DNA of 64,000 nt, taken from IMG/VR virus record IMGVR_UViG_3300029288_000144, positions 1-64,000 of that record. One strand, given 5' to 3'. The position numbers and the translations under genes were made by a program. Positions 1-7,984 of the stretch are shown in pieces. A model generated the notes under the pieces. It saw nothing but the letters and a program-made list of their open reading frames with translations, searched no databases and was not told where the DNA came from. The DNA comes from a virus. Its lineage: Duplodnaviria; Caudoviricetes. Numbering within the stretch: position 1 is the first letter of the stretch; each line of letters opens with the position of its first letter.

Positions 1-16
1 AAGATTTCTATTCATT

Positions 17-322
17 TCAAAAATTCCAATTTGGCGATTTGAAACCACACTTCTTAGCTTTCTTGAATTCTCGGTCTTCTTTTATGTAGAGTTCATTTTC
101 TTCAACATACTTAGGACATACAATCAATTCAATTTTAGTTGCTACAATTTCAATAGCGTCTGGATGGTTGCCAAGAACAGCCGCGACATTTGGCAATTCT
201 CTTCCATGGTCAACTACAAAAATTACTCTTTTGCCCTCCTTACGAAATCGTTCCTCCTCAAGAATGATTTCCGAAACCCTTGAATCAAAATCACTATCAA
301 CAATGTGAATTCCATCATTCAT
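17..322 (-). CDS. hypothetical early protein, 101 aa
   Basis: ATG ORF co-oriented and tightly packed with neighbours; no recognisable motif. Confidence 0.6.
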   Translation of the reverse strand: MNDGIHIVDSDFDSRVSEIILEEERFRKEGKRVIFVVDHGRELPNVAAVLGNHPDAIEIVATKIELIVCPKYVEENELYIKEDREFKKAKKCGFKSPNWNF

Positions 323-324
323 TT

Positions 325-603
325 TTAATTCGCCTCCAAAAACAAATTGACAAAATTAATAGTTTCTTTTGGAATTCCTTGCTTCTGTTCTCTTCCCATT
401 CCATCAACAAAAGCAACATATTCCGGAACGCGGCATTCTTCACAAGCGGAAAAATATTGGTTAATCTTGTTGTAAGTTTCAAAACAAATCTCATCCTGAA
501 CATACAACGACGCGATAGCAATTCCAAAACTAAATTCAGTGATACATCCGGCAGTCAAAAGACAAAACAAATTCTTCAACTTGTCAAATTCTTTTGTGTT
601 CAT
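325..603 (-). CDS. hypothetical early protein, 92 aa (MNTKEF...)
   Basis: ATG at 603 preceded by AAGGAAAC; stop 2 nt before next start. Confidence 0.65.
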   Translation of the reverse strand: MNTKEFDKLKNLFCLLTAGCITEFSFGIAIASLYVQDEICFETYNKINQYFSACEECRVPEYVAFVDGMGREQKQGIPKETINFVNLFLEAN

Positions 604-619
604 TTTTGTTTCCTTTTGA

Positions 620-832
620 TTAGATTTCAAACTCACAAACAAAATCGTTATTATCCCAAAAGTTAACAATAAACAACGAGGGATTCTTTAGAAAGAAAAT
701 CTGTTCTTTTTGAATAACTTGCCCAAACAAAATCAAACACGAAAGAAGCCTATCCGTATCCGATTCCTTATATTTTACATAAAACGAATAGGAATTGCCA
801 GAAATATTAAATACAATCTTTCGCATAAGCAT
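620..832 (-). CDS. hypothetical protein, 70 aa
   Basis: ATG ORF filling gap in co-oriented run. Confidence 0.5.
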   Translation of the reverse strand: MLMRKIVFNISGNSYSFYVKYKESDTDRLLSCLILFGQVIQKEQIFFLKNPSLFIVNFWDNNDFVCEFEI

Positions 833-844
833 TGTTAATTCCTT

Positions 845-1093
845 TCAATACTCCAAAACAATTTCAAGAATAGTCGCGGGTCTGTCTACATCCAAATGTT
901 CAATAGTTGTAGTGGACTGATTGAACTTGATACTATTCGGAATACACGTCGTATTCTTCCTAATATTTCTATAAACAATTCCCCTCAATTCGTCTTGTGT
1001 AAAAATAGAAAATTGTTGTTGTGGTAAAAGAATCGTAGTCTCTCCATTCTTTTGAGAAACTAAAGAAATCAAATACCTATTTGGTAGCACCAT
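845..1093 (-). CDS. hypothetical protein, 82 aa
   Basis: AAGGAGAAAAGAAA upstream of ATG. Confidence 0.7.
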   Translation of the reverse strand: MVLPNRYLISLVSQKNGETTILLPQQQFSIFTQDELRGIVYRNIRKNTTCIPNSIKFNQSTTTIEHLDVDRPATILEIVLEY

Positions 1094-1177
1094 TTTCTTT
1101 TCTCCTTTAGATGTTTTGTTTACTTGTTTCTATTCTCTCAAATTTATTCTAAGCCTGTTTGTGGCAATATTGCGGAA

Positions 1178-1426
1178 TTAGTCCACCCGATTCTTTTGGA
1201 ACCATTCAAACATATCCACAATTTCACAACCATGACCAACACTGTTTGTAATATATCTCAATGCCATTTCCGCTTCCTTGCTATCACTTTCCGTATACCT
1301 ATAGATAACAGGATGAAGCGAAACAGAATCAAAAGGAATGAACTTTGGATTCATTAACCCGGAAGTGTTATGACCAGAATATCCACAAAACACTTCATTA
1401 TTTTCGTTTACAATCATTTGAGGCAT
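1178..1426 (-). CDS. early IVNE-family paralog, 82 aa
   Basis: AGGAG RBS; MIVNENNEVF start and EW end shared with ORFs at 5960 and 6685. Confidence 0.75.
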   Translation of the reverse strand: MPQMIVNENNEVFCGYSGHNTSGLMNPKFIPFDSVSLHPVIYRYTESDSKEAEMALRYITNSVGHGCEIVDMFEWFQKNRVD

Positions 1427-1438
1427 TTTAATTTTCTC

Positions 1439-1738
1439 CTAAATCGGCATGAAAGTTTGAGCGTTCATTTCAAGGACTTCCGAAAGAATCCAACGGCGCA
1501 AATCCTTTGGAAGAGAATCAAACGAAACCTTTTCACCAAGATGATTTCCCATTGGACTTTCAATGTGTAGTCCAATTCCCTGCGGGTCAAACGGAAAACC
1601 ATTTGAAGACAAAGCGTAATGGAGAGTCATTCCCTGCGACTTCCGAGTTTCAATTCCCGGAAAAACAATTGTGTAACGGTCGCAAGTTTTTCCCTTGTTG
1701 TCGTAGCAAACAAACTTGATTTTATTGATTGTTTCCAT
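1439..1738 (-). CDS. conserved phage-type hypothetical protein, 99 aa
   Basis: YDNKGKTCDRYTIV...PFDPQGIG...HLGEKVSFDSLP matches a pattern I recall from phage early proteins of unknown function; family name not certain. Confidence 0.75.
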   Translation of the reverse strand: METINKIKFVCYDNKGKTCDRYTIVFPGIETRKSQGMTLHYALSSNGFPFDPQGIGLHIESPMGNHLGEKVSFDSLPKDLRRWILSEVLEMNAQTFMPI

Positions 1739-1741
1739 TGT

Positions 1742-1996
1742 TCAATCTTCCTTGTTAAACTTTTCCAAAAACGAAATTGGCTCAATCCGAATGTTAGTAA
1801 TGAAAACAGTTCTTTCAAGATTTGACAACGCTTCCAACTGTTCTTCCGCAACCTTCCAAAAAAAATAAATTTCAACTTTCTTTTGGAAAGTGTTCTTGGT
1901 GAAGAAATGGAAGATTGGGGCGTTTCTTGAATTGTAGTCTCCTGTGAAAACCCATTCAGTATTCGTTGAACTTCCATCAGCAACAATCACGAACAT
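1742..1996 (-). CDS. early IVNE-family-like protein, 84 aa (MFVIVADG...)
   Basis: AAGGAG RBS, directly below promoter copy 1. Confidence 0.75.
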   Translation of the reverse strand: MFVIVADGSSTNTEWVFTGDYNSRNAPIFHFFTKNTFQKKVEIYFFWKVAEEQLEALSNLERTVFITNIRIEPISFLEKFNKED

Positions 1997-2014
1997 TTTA
2001 GTTTCTCCTTTTGT

Positions 2015-2078
2015 TAGATAGAATATATGCGATTTTTCCATGGAAGTCAAGCTGGATTTTCTTTCGGTGTTTAATAGG
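2015..2078 (-). promoter_or_regulatory. conserved early promoter copy 1
   Basis: ACCGAAAGAAAATCCAGC-TTGACT-N17-TATATT; upstream hairpin AAAGCGCA/TGCGCTTT at about 2094-2121. Confidence 0.85.
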
Positions 2079-2135
2079 CAGAAATGTTAAAAGAAAGCGC
2101 AAACTTGAAAGAATGCGCTTTGAACTGATTAACTT

Positions 2136-2531
2136 TTACGCAAACATATACAGACAATCATACTCGCTGTTATACATTACTCCACAACGAGACAATTCCA
2201 AAACATGTTCAATGGTAATCACCTTTTCCAACTCTTTAATTTTCACACCAAGATAAATTTCGTCCTGTTCCGCATCCGAAACGATATCGGAATAAAGAAC
2301 AGGAATATATTTAGTTGGTCCTTCTATTGGAACGCTTGGGACCAACTTATCCAACAAAAGAAATGCGTGAAGGTCCGGGCGATTACTCAGCTTGTTTTCA
2401 ACCCAATAAAACTTTCCATATTCATCGCCGTCAAAAAACGAAAACATTTGAGCAATCTTGGAATCATCGGAATTTTCATCATAAACAAAATCCGAAAGAT
2501 TCTTTGGTGTCTTATAGTGTTCGGCTTCCAT
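2136..2531 (-). CDS. hypothetical acidic protein, 131 aa
   Basis: GAGGG RBS, ATG, ends just before terminator hairpin. Confidence 0.75.
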   Translation of the reverse strand: MEAEHYKTPKNLSDFVYDENSDDSKIAQMFSFFDGDEYGKFYWVENKLSNRPDLHAFLLLDKLVPSVPIEGPTKYIPVLYSDIVSDAEQDEIYLGVKIKELEKVITIEHVLELSRCGVMYNSEYDCLYMFA

Positions 2532-2534
2532 TTT

Positions 2535-2759
2535 CTATTCCTCCCTCAATTGTTCAATCTCTTTTTGAAATGTAATAGGTTGAAATGCTTGTTTACACTT
2601 ATACGAACGCAAACCATTTGGACATGTATCGCAAAACAAAATACACTTCTGTCTCTTTCCTGTTCCAATCAGATAAAGACATTCATTCGAACATTTATTA
2701 AAGTTTGTTGGTTCTGGAATACAAATCTCAACCGTGGATGTAAGAATATTTGTTGACAT
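2535..2759 (-). CDS. Cys-rich small protein, 74 aa (MSTNIL...), possible metal binding
   Basis: AAGGAG RBS; CxxxC, CxxxCxxC and C motifs. Confidence 0.65.
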   Translation of the reverse strand: MSTNILTSTVEICIPEPTNFNKCSNECLYLIGTGKRQKCILFCDTCPNGLRSYKCKQAFQPITFQKEIEQLREE

Positions 2760-2775
2760 TTCTTTCTCCTTTCTT

Positions 2776-3033
2776 TTACTCAAACCGAACAAATTCAAAT
2801 TCATATCCACAATCTTCCAACAAATCCCGAATCTGTTCAAAATCATCCGCAGGAAATTCCCAAAACCCTCGGTAATGAATAGAAGAAGTTTCCAGCCTTT
2901 GTTTTTCTTTTCCACCCAAATCCTTACAACGCGAAATTACTTGAAGGAAAAGAGACTGCTCGTTGTTTTCCAATTTCCGCTTGTTGATAGAAATGTCCAA
3001 AAATTTCCAATCAATTAGAGCAAGCATTTTCAT
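2776..3033 (-). CDS. hypothetical protein, 85 aa
   Basis: AAGGAG RBS, first gene below promoter copy 2. Confidence 0.75.
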   Translation of the reverse strand: MKMLALIDWKFLDISINKRKLENNEQSLFLQVISRCKDLGGKEKQRLETSSIHYRGFWEFPADDFEQIRDLLEDCGYEFEFVRFE

Positions 3034-3070
3034 TTTTCATCTCCTTTTTCCTTTTGTTGTCTCTTTCTTA

Positions 3071-3123
3071 CATATAGAAGATACAGTTTTTGGAAACAAT
3101 GTCAAGCTGGAATTTTCTTCGGC
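3071..3123 (-). promoter_or_regulatory. conserved early promoter copy 2
   Basis: GCCGAAGAAAATTCCAGC-TTGACA-N16-TATCTT-CTATATG. Confidence 0.8.
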
Positions 3124-3132
3124 AAATTATTC

Positions 3133-3381
3133 TCACTCCAAATTGATTGTGGAATATCCCATAACAAAATTTCCAGCATACACATTCCTAATTTCATAAA
3201 CATCAATTCCATCAATTTGCTTGAAATAAGAACACGACAAAACAATTCCTGGAATGTTGAATATCTTGGTTCCAATTTCCGCCAAAGATTTAACAGAGAA
3301 TCCCCGATTACTCTTTTTTCTCAAATCCCGAATTCTGAAATAAAACATATTATATATCCTTTTGTTATATTCAATTATCAA
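3133..3381 (-). CDS. hypothetical protein, 82 aa
   Basis: co-oriented ORF ending immediately before promoter copy 2. Confidence 0.6.
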   Translation of the reverse strand: MIIEYNKRIYNMFYFRIRDLRKKSNRGFSVKSLAEIGTKIFNIPGIVLSCSYFKQIDGIDVYEIRNVYAGNFVMGYSTINLE

Positions 3382-3426
3382 TCTGTTTCATCAATTTCCT
3401 AATAGCTAACTTGGAACGAATCATTG

Positions 3427-3711
3427 TTACAACAGTAAAACAAAATCGCGCCAAATCACACCGCCAAAAATATTGTAAAAATGAAACCGAGAAATGAAAA
3501 ATTCATGAGATTCAAATTCCTCCGATTTTTCCGGCACTTTCGTTTTAATGTCAAGCAAAATACGAACATTCCGCTTCTTTTGAATTGGATACAAAGGAAT
3601 GATGATGTTAACAGATTCAACAATGTCTTTGAAATGTTCCTCTTTATCTGTATCATCTACATTTGAATAAGGATTAACCATATATTCATTAATTAGACTG
3701 AATATATCCAA
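3427..3711 (-). CDS. hypothetical protein, 94 aa
   Basis: co-oriented ORF, protein-like composition. Confidence 0.55.
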   Translation of the reverse strand: MDIFSLINEYMVNPYSNVDDTDKEEHFKDIVESVNIIIPLYPIQKKRNVRILLDIKTKVPEKSEEFESHEFFISRFHFYNIFGGVIWRDFVLLL

Positions 3712-3799
3712 GAAAAAGTTTGAATCCCTTCCACAACAGCAAAATTGAAATGGGAAACAAACATCCTAGAAGAAAGAACAACATTTTCAAAACTTATTT

Positions 3800-3958
3800 T
3801 TAATGTCTAGGAAAAAGAAACGTGTCTCCTGAAATAACTTCATCCTCCAAAAGAATCTCAATCCGAATTCCAATTTCAGGACAAAAATCCGGATTGTGTT
3901 CCTTACAAACAATCCGCAAATTGTTCTTTAGAAAATCCCTCAACTCTTGTTCATTCAT
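3800..3958 (-). CDS. hypothetical protein, 52 aa (MNEQEL...)
   Basis: GAGGA RBS, first gene below promoter copy 3. Confidence 0.65.
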   Translation of the reverse strand: MNEQELRDFLKNNLRIVCKEHNPDFCPEIGIRIEILLEDEVISGDTFLFPRH

Positions 3959-3995
3959 TTTTCTTTTCCTCTGTTTAAGTTTTCTCTTTCCTACG

Positions 3996-4058
3996 AATAG
4001 AATATACACCAAAACAAAAACAAAGTCAAGCTGGATTTTCTTTCGGTTCTCAATAAGA
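3996..4058 (-). promoter_or_regulatory. conserved early promoter copy 3
   Basis: ACCGAAAGAAAATCCAGC-TTGACT-N17-TATATT. Confidence 0.85.
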
Positions 4059-4069
4059 GCAACACCATA

Positions 4070-4098
4070 AAAAGCGGAAATGTTCCATTCCGCTTTTT
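4070..4098. terminator. intrinsic terminator hairpin
   Basis: AAAAGCGGAA-ATGTTCCA-TTCCGCTTTT, between a gene end and promoter copy 3. Confidence 0.75.
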
Positions 4099-4108
4099 CC
4101 CAATCAAA

Positions 4109-4324
4109 TCAAAACCTATTCCACAAATAATCACCAAACCAACACCCAAAACGATAAACAAACAAAACTAAAAATACAATCAAAGCAATGGGAAGAAAAA
4201 GAAAAACTATTCCTCCCCAACCCCTAGAAACCGTAAATTCTTCAACCAAATATTGGGCAACAACAGCAAATACAAAAATATACAAAAGAACAAAAACAAA
4301 ACCAACCAAAATTGTAACAATCAT
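4109..4324 (-). CDS. small two-TM membrane protein, 71 aa
   Basis: two long hydrophobic stretches; GGAGG RBS; ATGA overlap. Confidence 0.7.
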   Translation of the reverse strand: MIVTILVGFVFVLLYIFVFAVVAQYLVEEFTVSRGWGGIVFLFLPIALIVFLVLFVYRFGCWFGDYLWNRF

Positions 4325-4617
4325 TCATCCACCTCCTTCAAATATTCTTGTCCAGCCAAAGTCAAATATCCATTCCCTATATAGTTCTTAATCTTCTGAT
4401 ATTCTCCATCTTTAGCGTAAACCGCAAGAATGTCCTCAAATACAACATCCTCCGTAGTAGAATGATGCCCATACAAAATGAAAATACAAATAGAATTCTC
4501 AGAAATTTGAATGATATGTCCGTCCCAAATAGAATTAGGCCCATCCCCATGATAACCATTCCATTTGAAAATTACATCGTCACCAATTTTCAAATCAGAC
4601 TTTGTGATTGTATTCAT
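4321..4617 (-). CDS. hypothetical protein, 98 aa (LKIGDDV SH3-like start)
   Basis: ATG ORF coupled to next gene. Confidence 0.7.
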   Translation of the reverse strand: MNTITKSDLKIGDDVIFKWNGYHGDGPNSIWDGHIIQISENSICIFILYGHHSTTEDVVFEDILAVYAKDGEYQKIKNYIGNGYLTLAGQEYLKEVDE

Positions 4618-4657
4618 TTTTATTCTTTCTTAATTGAAATGTGTGAAATGAATATTA

Positions 4658-4753
4658 TCACCAAAGATGAATATTGGCGTCAAAATAGAAAACTAAATAT
4701 GTAACTACCAATGCTAAAATCATCCAAACACTTGTATAGAACCATTTATTCAT
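4658..4753 (-). CDS. 31 aa single-TM micro-protein
   Basis: manual translation MNKWFYTSVWMILALVVTYLVFYFDANIHLW; AAGGA upstream. Confidence 0.5.
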   Translation of the reverse strand: MNKWFYTSVWMILALVVTYLVFYFDANIHLW

Positions 4754-4786
4754 TACATATTCCTTTTGAAAATCGTAGAAATAATC

Positions 4787-5056
4787 TCAAAGAATTGTTT
4801 TTAGATATGTATTCTTCAAACAAAATGTAGAATCAAAAACAGTTTTATACGAATCAACAAAAGACATAAAAATAAATTTGCCGTAGGATTTGTGGGACAT
4901 TGGGTTATTACCATACCAGAAACCACGATAAGCGTAAAACCCAGCAGAAGGATACCCGTTATTCTTAAAATATTTCTTATTCCGATAATGATTTTCTGTT
5001 ATTTCCAAAACAATCCAATGACATCCATCAATTTCAACAATCATGCCATTTTTCAT
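4787..5056 (-). CDS. hypothetical protein, 89 aa
   Basis: ATG ORF, aromatic-rich. Confidence 0.6.
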   Translation of the reverse strand: MKNGMIVEIDGCHWIVLEITENHYRNKKYFKNNGYPSAGFYAYRGFWYGNNPMSHKSYGKFIFMSFVDSYKTVFDSTFCLKNTYLKTIL

Positions 5057-5311
5057 AGCGTTTCCCGTTCTAGGTTAAGTGTAATTGAAATTCGAAACAG
5101 AAATAATAAAAATGAATACTTGAGATGTTTTCAAAAAAAATTATTTCTTCCCGACGGCCTATATATGGCTCGATTTTTATTTCCCCACTTTGAGATATTT
5201 CTTTTTTCTCTTTTCCTATTATCCCATTCTTTATATAGCCATTTTCTCAAAGGGCATTATTGCGGCATTTTCATTTCATCAAATCTAATCTTCATTCCCA
5301 TCCCTTTTCAG

Positions 5312-5488
5312 TCATTCTTTATTACACAACATTATCGCCTTTTGTAAATCTTCCGCCCGTTTAACATTAGCGCATTCGATAACAACAATATTATTTTCAT
5401 CTGTTACGAGAACGGAATATTTCTTTTTCCTTTTCCCCGCCCGTTCCAGATACGCTCCACAATTCTTATTCATTGTTACCGTTTTCAT
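5312..5488 (-). CDS. hypothetical basic protein, 58 aa
   Basis: manual translation MKTVTMNKNCGAYLERAGKRKKKYSVLVTDENNIVVIECANVKRAEDLQKAIMLCNKE; below ORF-track cutoff. Confidence 0.55.
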   Translation of the reverse strand: MKTVTMNKNCGAYLERAGKRKKKYSVLVTDENNIVVIECANVKRAEDLQKAIMLCNKE

Positions 5489-5599
5489 TCTTATTTAATT
5501 CACTCCAATTATTTGTAATTTATTTTAATGCGTTGTTTATTTCTTTTGAATCATTTTCCTTACGACACCCGAAACCTTGTTGAAACAAATTACAAATAA

Positions 5600-5797
5600 T
5601 TATTTCGTTATTCCATGGTAAGCGACTTGTCCTGCGGAGCAAATCATATTGACTTTGAATTCATTGTTTTCGAATTGAGTTGAATATCCGTTGGGCCATT
5701 TATCTCTGATTATTTTTATTGAATAGTTTTCTTTTTTGGATTCGTCAACAAGGTTGTGTCAGATTGAATATGCTTCTTGAGTAGTAATGGTTTTCAT
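5600..5797 (-). pseudogene. 65-codon early gene interrupted by in-frame TGA (codon 13)
   Basis: AAGGAC RBS and ATG below promoter copy 4; reads MKTITTQEAYSI*HNLVDESKKENYS...HGITK; TGA at 5759-5761. Confidence 0.6.
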
Positions 5798-5814
5798 TGG
5801 GGCGGTCCTTTTGT

Positions 5815-5878
5815 TAGATAGAAGATAAGGAAAACTGGAGGGAAAGTCAAGCTGGATTTTCTTTCGGTTTCCAAAAGG
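5815..5878 (-). promoter_or_regulatory. conserved early promoter copy 4
   Basis: GCCTTTT...ACCGAAAGAAAATCCAGC-TTGACT-N17-TATCTT; 43 bp identical to copy 9. Confidence 0.9.
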
Positions 5879-5959
5879 CAGAACGAGCAAAAGAAAAGTG
5901 AGAGTTATTTTTGAAATCTCACTTCTTTGCTTTTGTTCTCTATATGGGCGAAATTTTAT

Positions 5960-6202
5960 TTACTTTTCAATCCATTCGACAAGAGGAACGATTTTGAGAT
6001 TTTCGTTCTTATTGTTTTGGTTTCTATTGGAAAGAATGTTATTGATTGTCGATTGTGCGATTCCTTCGCTTGGATAGATTGTGACGTTGATTGGAAGGTT
6101 TTGATGGTAGTCGGGAAGATAAACCCAAACTTCCAAGAATGTTCCAAGGTTAGGAATGAATTGAGAAAATGCGCCGTTGTTTTCATTTACGATTACGAAC
6201 AT
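5960..6202 (-). CDS. early IVNE-family paralog, 80 aa
   Basis: AAGGAG RBS; MFVIVNENNGAF...IVPLVEW. Confidence 0.75.
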   Translation of the reverse strand: MFVIVNENNGAFSQFIPNLGTFLEVWVYLPDYHQNLPINVTIYPSEGIAQSTINNILSNRNQNNKNENLKIVPLVEWIEK

Positions 6203-6214
6203 TGAGATTCTCCT

Positions 6215-6409
6215 TTATTCTTCAATCATTTCAACGATTTTGTGGGAAAAATGGAAATAATCAATTCCGTGACGATTGAACCGATAAGGCGTTCCGTCAT
6301 TCACATCTTCAGCACAATAAGGAAAACCTGCGAACGCCAGACTAATTCGCGTAATCTTAACGATTTTGTCTTCGTTGGTTTTGTATTTCTTTCCTTCTAT
6401 GATGTCCAT
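6215..6409 (-). CDS. small phage protein, 64 aa (EGKKYKT...)
   Basis: AGGAG RBS below promoter copy 5. Confidence 0.75.
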   Translation of the reverse strand: MDIIEGKKYKTNEDKIVKITRISLAFAGFPYCAEDVNDGTPYRFNRHGIDYFHFSHKIVEMIEE

Positions 6410-6443
6410 TGTGTTTCTCCTGTGAAAGATTGATTTTCTCTGA

Positions 6444-6508
6444 CATATAGAAGATAAGGTATTTTAAGAAGAAAGTCAAGCTGGAAATTGTTTCGGTTCT
6501 TGAAAGGC
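6444..6508 (-). promoter_or_regulatory. conserved early promoter copy 5
   Basis: ACCGAAACAATTTCCAGC-TTGACT-N17-TATCTT-CTATATG; upstream hairpin ACGGCAGAA/TTCTGCCGT at about 6524-6554. Confidence 0.85.
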
Positions 6509-6684
6509 GTGATGTGAGAAAGAAACGGCAGAACTGAGCGAACAATTCTGCCGTCCTTTTTCTTCTGTAGTTGTCTGGTTAACTTAACTTTCATCCATCA
6601 TTCACCAACAAGGTAAACAGGCAATCGCTTTTATATCCGACAACGAGATTGAGCTTAATTGCTCTTTATACCTACAGAAAGAAT

Positions 6685-6891
6685 TTATTTGTTGTTTCCA
6701 ATCCAATCAATGAGAGGAAGTATATTGGTTTTGATTTTACATTTTGAAAGAATGTGTTGTTCTTTTAAGGCGTATTCTTGATTGTAAAAGATGGTTATTT
6801 GATTTCCTTCTTTATCATATTTCTGAAAATCTATTGAAGTTTCGGAAAATCCTTGGAATGCTTCATTCTTTTCGTTAACAAGAATCAACAT
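6685..6891 (-). CDS. early IVNE-family paralog, 68 aa
   Basis: MLILVNEKNEAF...ILPLIDW. Confidence 0.7.
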   Translation of the reverse strand: MLILVNEKNEAFQGFSETSIDFQKYDKEGNQITIFYNQEYALKEQHILSKCKIKTNILPLIDWIGNNK

Positions 6892-6898
6892 TTTTCAT

Positions 6899-7093
6899 TT
6901 ATCCAAAGAAAGATTGGAATGCTGGGATGATTTCTTTGCTTCGGAAAATCACAACATAAATCAGATAGAACCATCCGAAAAATGCGTGAAGAACACTCCA
7001 AAGAAATCCGTTGAGAACAAAGGAAACAAATCCCGAAAGAAAGAATCCGATTCCAACGCCTGTAGAAGTTGTATTTGACATTCTGTTCTCCAA
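6899..7093 (-). CDS. small two-TM membrane protein, 64 aa
   Basis: hydrophobic GVGIGFFLSGFVSFVLN and WSVLHAFFGWFYLIYVVIF. Confidence 0.7.
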   Translation of the reverse strand: MENRMSNTTSTGVGIGFFLSGFVSFVLNGFLWSVLHAFFGWFYLIYVVIFRSKEIIPAFQSFFG

Positions 7094-7109
7094 TGAAAAA
7101 AGAAGTGAA

Positions 7110-7183
7110 CTGGGGATTCAGGGCTCGAACCTGAGACATTCTGATTAACAGTCAGACGCAACTACCTACTGTGCTAATCCCCA
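7110..7183 (-). tRNA. trnN: tRNA-Asn (GUU), CCA not encoded
   Basis: acceptor TGGGGAT/ATCCCCA with U1-A72 and discriminator G; anticodon arm CTGA-CT-GTT-AA-TCAG; T arm TCAGG-TTCGAGC-CCTGA. Confidence 0.92.
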
Positions 7184-7184
7184 A

Positions 7185-7850
7185 AAATTAAAAAACCGTG
7201 GTGGGATTTAGCATTGTGTTACCCACATTTTTCCGAATGTCGTTCCCGCCAAGGACGCAAACAAACATTATTAACTTACACGGTTCTATTCAAAAGCAAA
7301 AAGAAGTTAGGTAATATCCAATCAAGCAAAGACGTCTAGAAAATCTTTATTGCTTCACTATGGAAAGTGTTGTGTAATGGAAGTTTATTTGACCACTACA
7401 CAAATGCCGTTATTTCTAACAAGCTACCAAGATTTAAGGGAAGGACAAAGAGCCGACGAGACGACGACCCATTCCGCAAAATTCTTTCGTTTACATATTC
7501 TTCATGTAATTGGGTGTAAAGCCATATGAAGAATACTTATTACCATTATGTTCTTCTGAATCTACCGTCGCAAATCCTCCAAACATAGAGATTATATTTC
7601 TACAATCTCACTCCTCTTATTGATGTCAAAGAAAACAAAGATTGCTTAGGGGAATCGGACCCCATTTCTACACTCGGCATTAGTTTGGCACGAAGACGCA
7701 AGCTAAATGTTGTTCCAAACGTAAAGAGCTAACCCAGAGAGCAATTTTTTCAATTGGTCATTCTTTTCTGTAGCCCCAAGAACTTACTAAACCAATCGCC
7801 CATGAGTTTCCGGAAGTCGCTTTGCTGGCTTGTTCCTTTCCCTCATGTCT
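7185..7850 (-). ncRNA. candidate large structured ncRNA / tRNA-operon leader
   Basis: about 670 nt from promoter copy 6 to tRNA-Asn with no ORF above about 31 aa; about 10 local hairpins. Confidence 0.45.
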
Positions 7851-7851
7851 T

Positions 7852-7909
7852 TAATATACGTTGGAAAAATAGGAAAGTCAAGCTGGGATTTCCTTCGGTC
7901 TACAAAAGG
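7852..7909 (-). promoter_or_regulatory. conserved early promoter copy 6 (drives ncRNA/tRNA)
   Basis: ACCGAAGGAAATCCCAGC-TTGACT-N17-TATATT. Confidence 0.85.
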
Positions 7910-7984
7910 TGGGAAGTGGAAAGAAAAGTGAGAACTATTTCTAATTCTCACTTCTTTGTTTTTGTTCTCTATATGGCCTCGGTT

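Noticed and set aside
5070-5315. Minus-strand frame that becomes an ~80 aa ORF if three TGA are read as Trp
   Set aside because: It runs through two motifs that are non-coding elsewhere (GGCATTATTGCGG and the CTATATGG motif), and recoding is unsupported.
6595-6684. Short gap with a TATAAAAG direct repeat and a small GAGC/GCTC hairpin
   Set aside because: Too short and weak to call a feature; could be an ordinary terminator or leader.
7185-7850. tmRNA, RNase P RNA or 6S identity for the non-coding region
   Set aside because: No GGGGC..GGATTCGAC/TTCGA..CCACCA tmRNA ends and no GAGGAAAGTCC RNase P signature found by eye.
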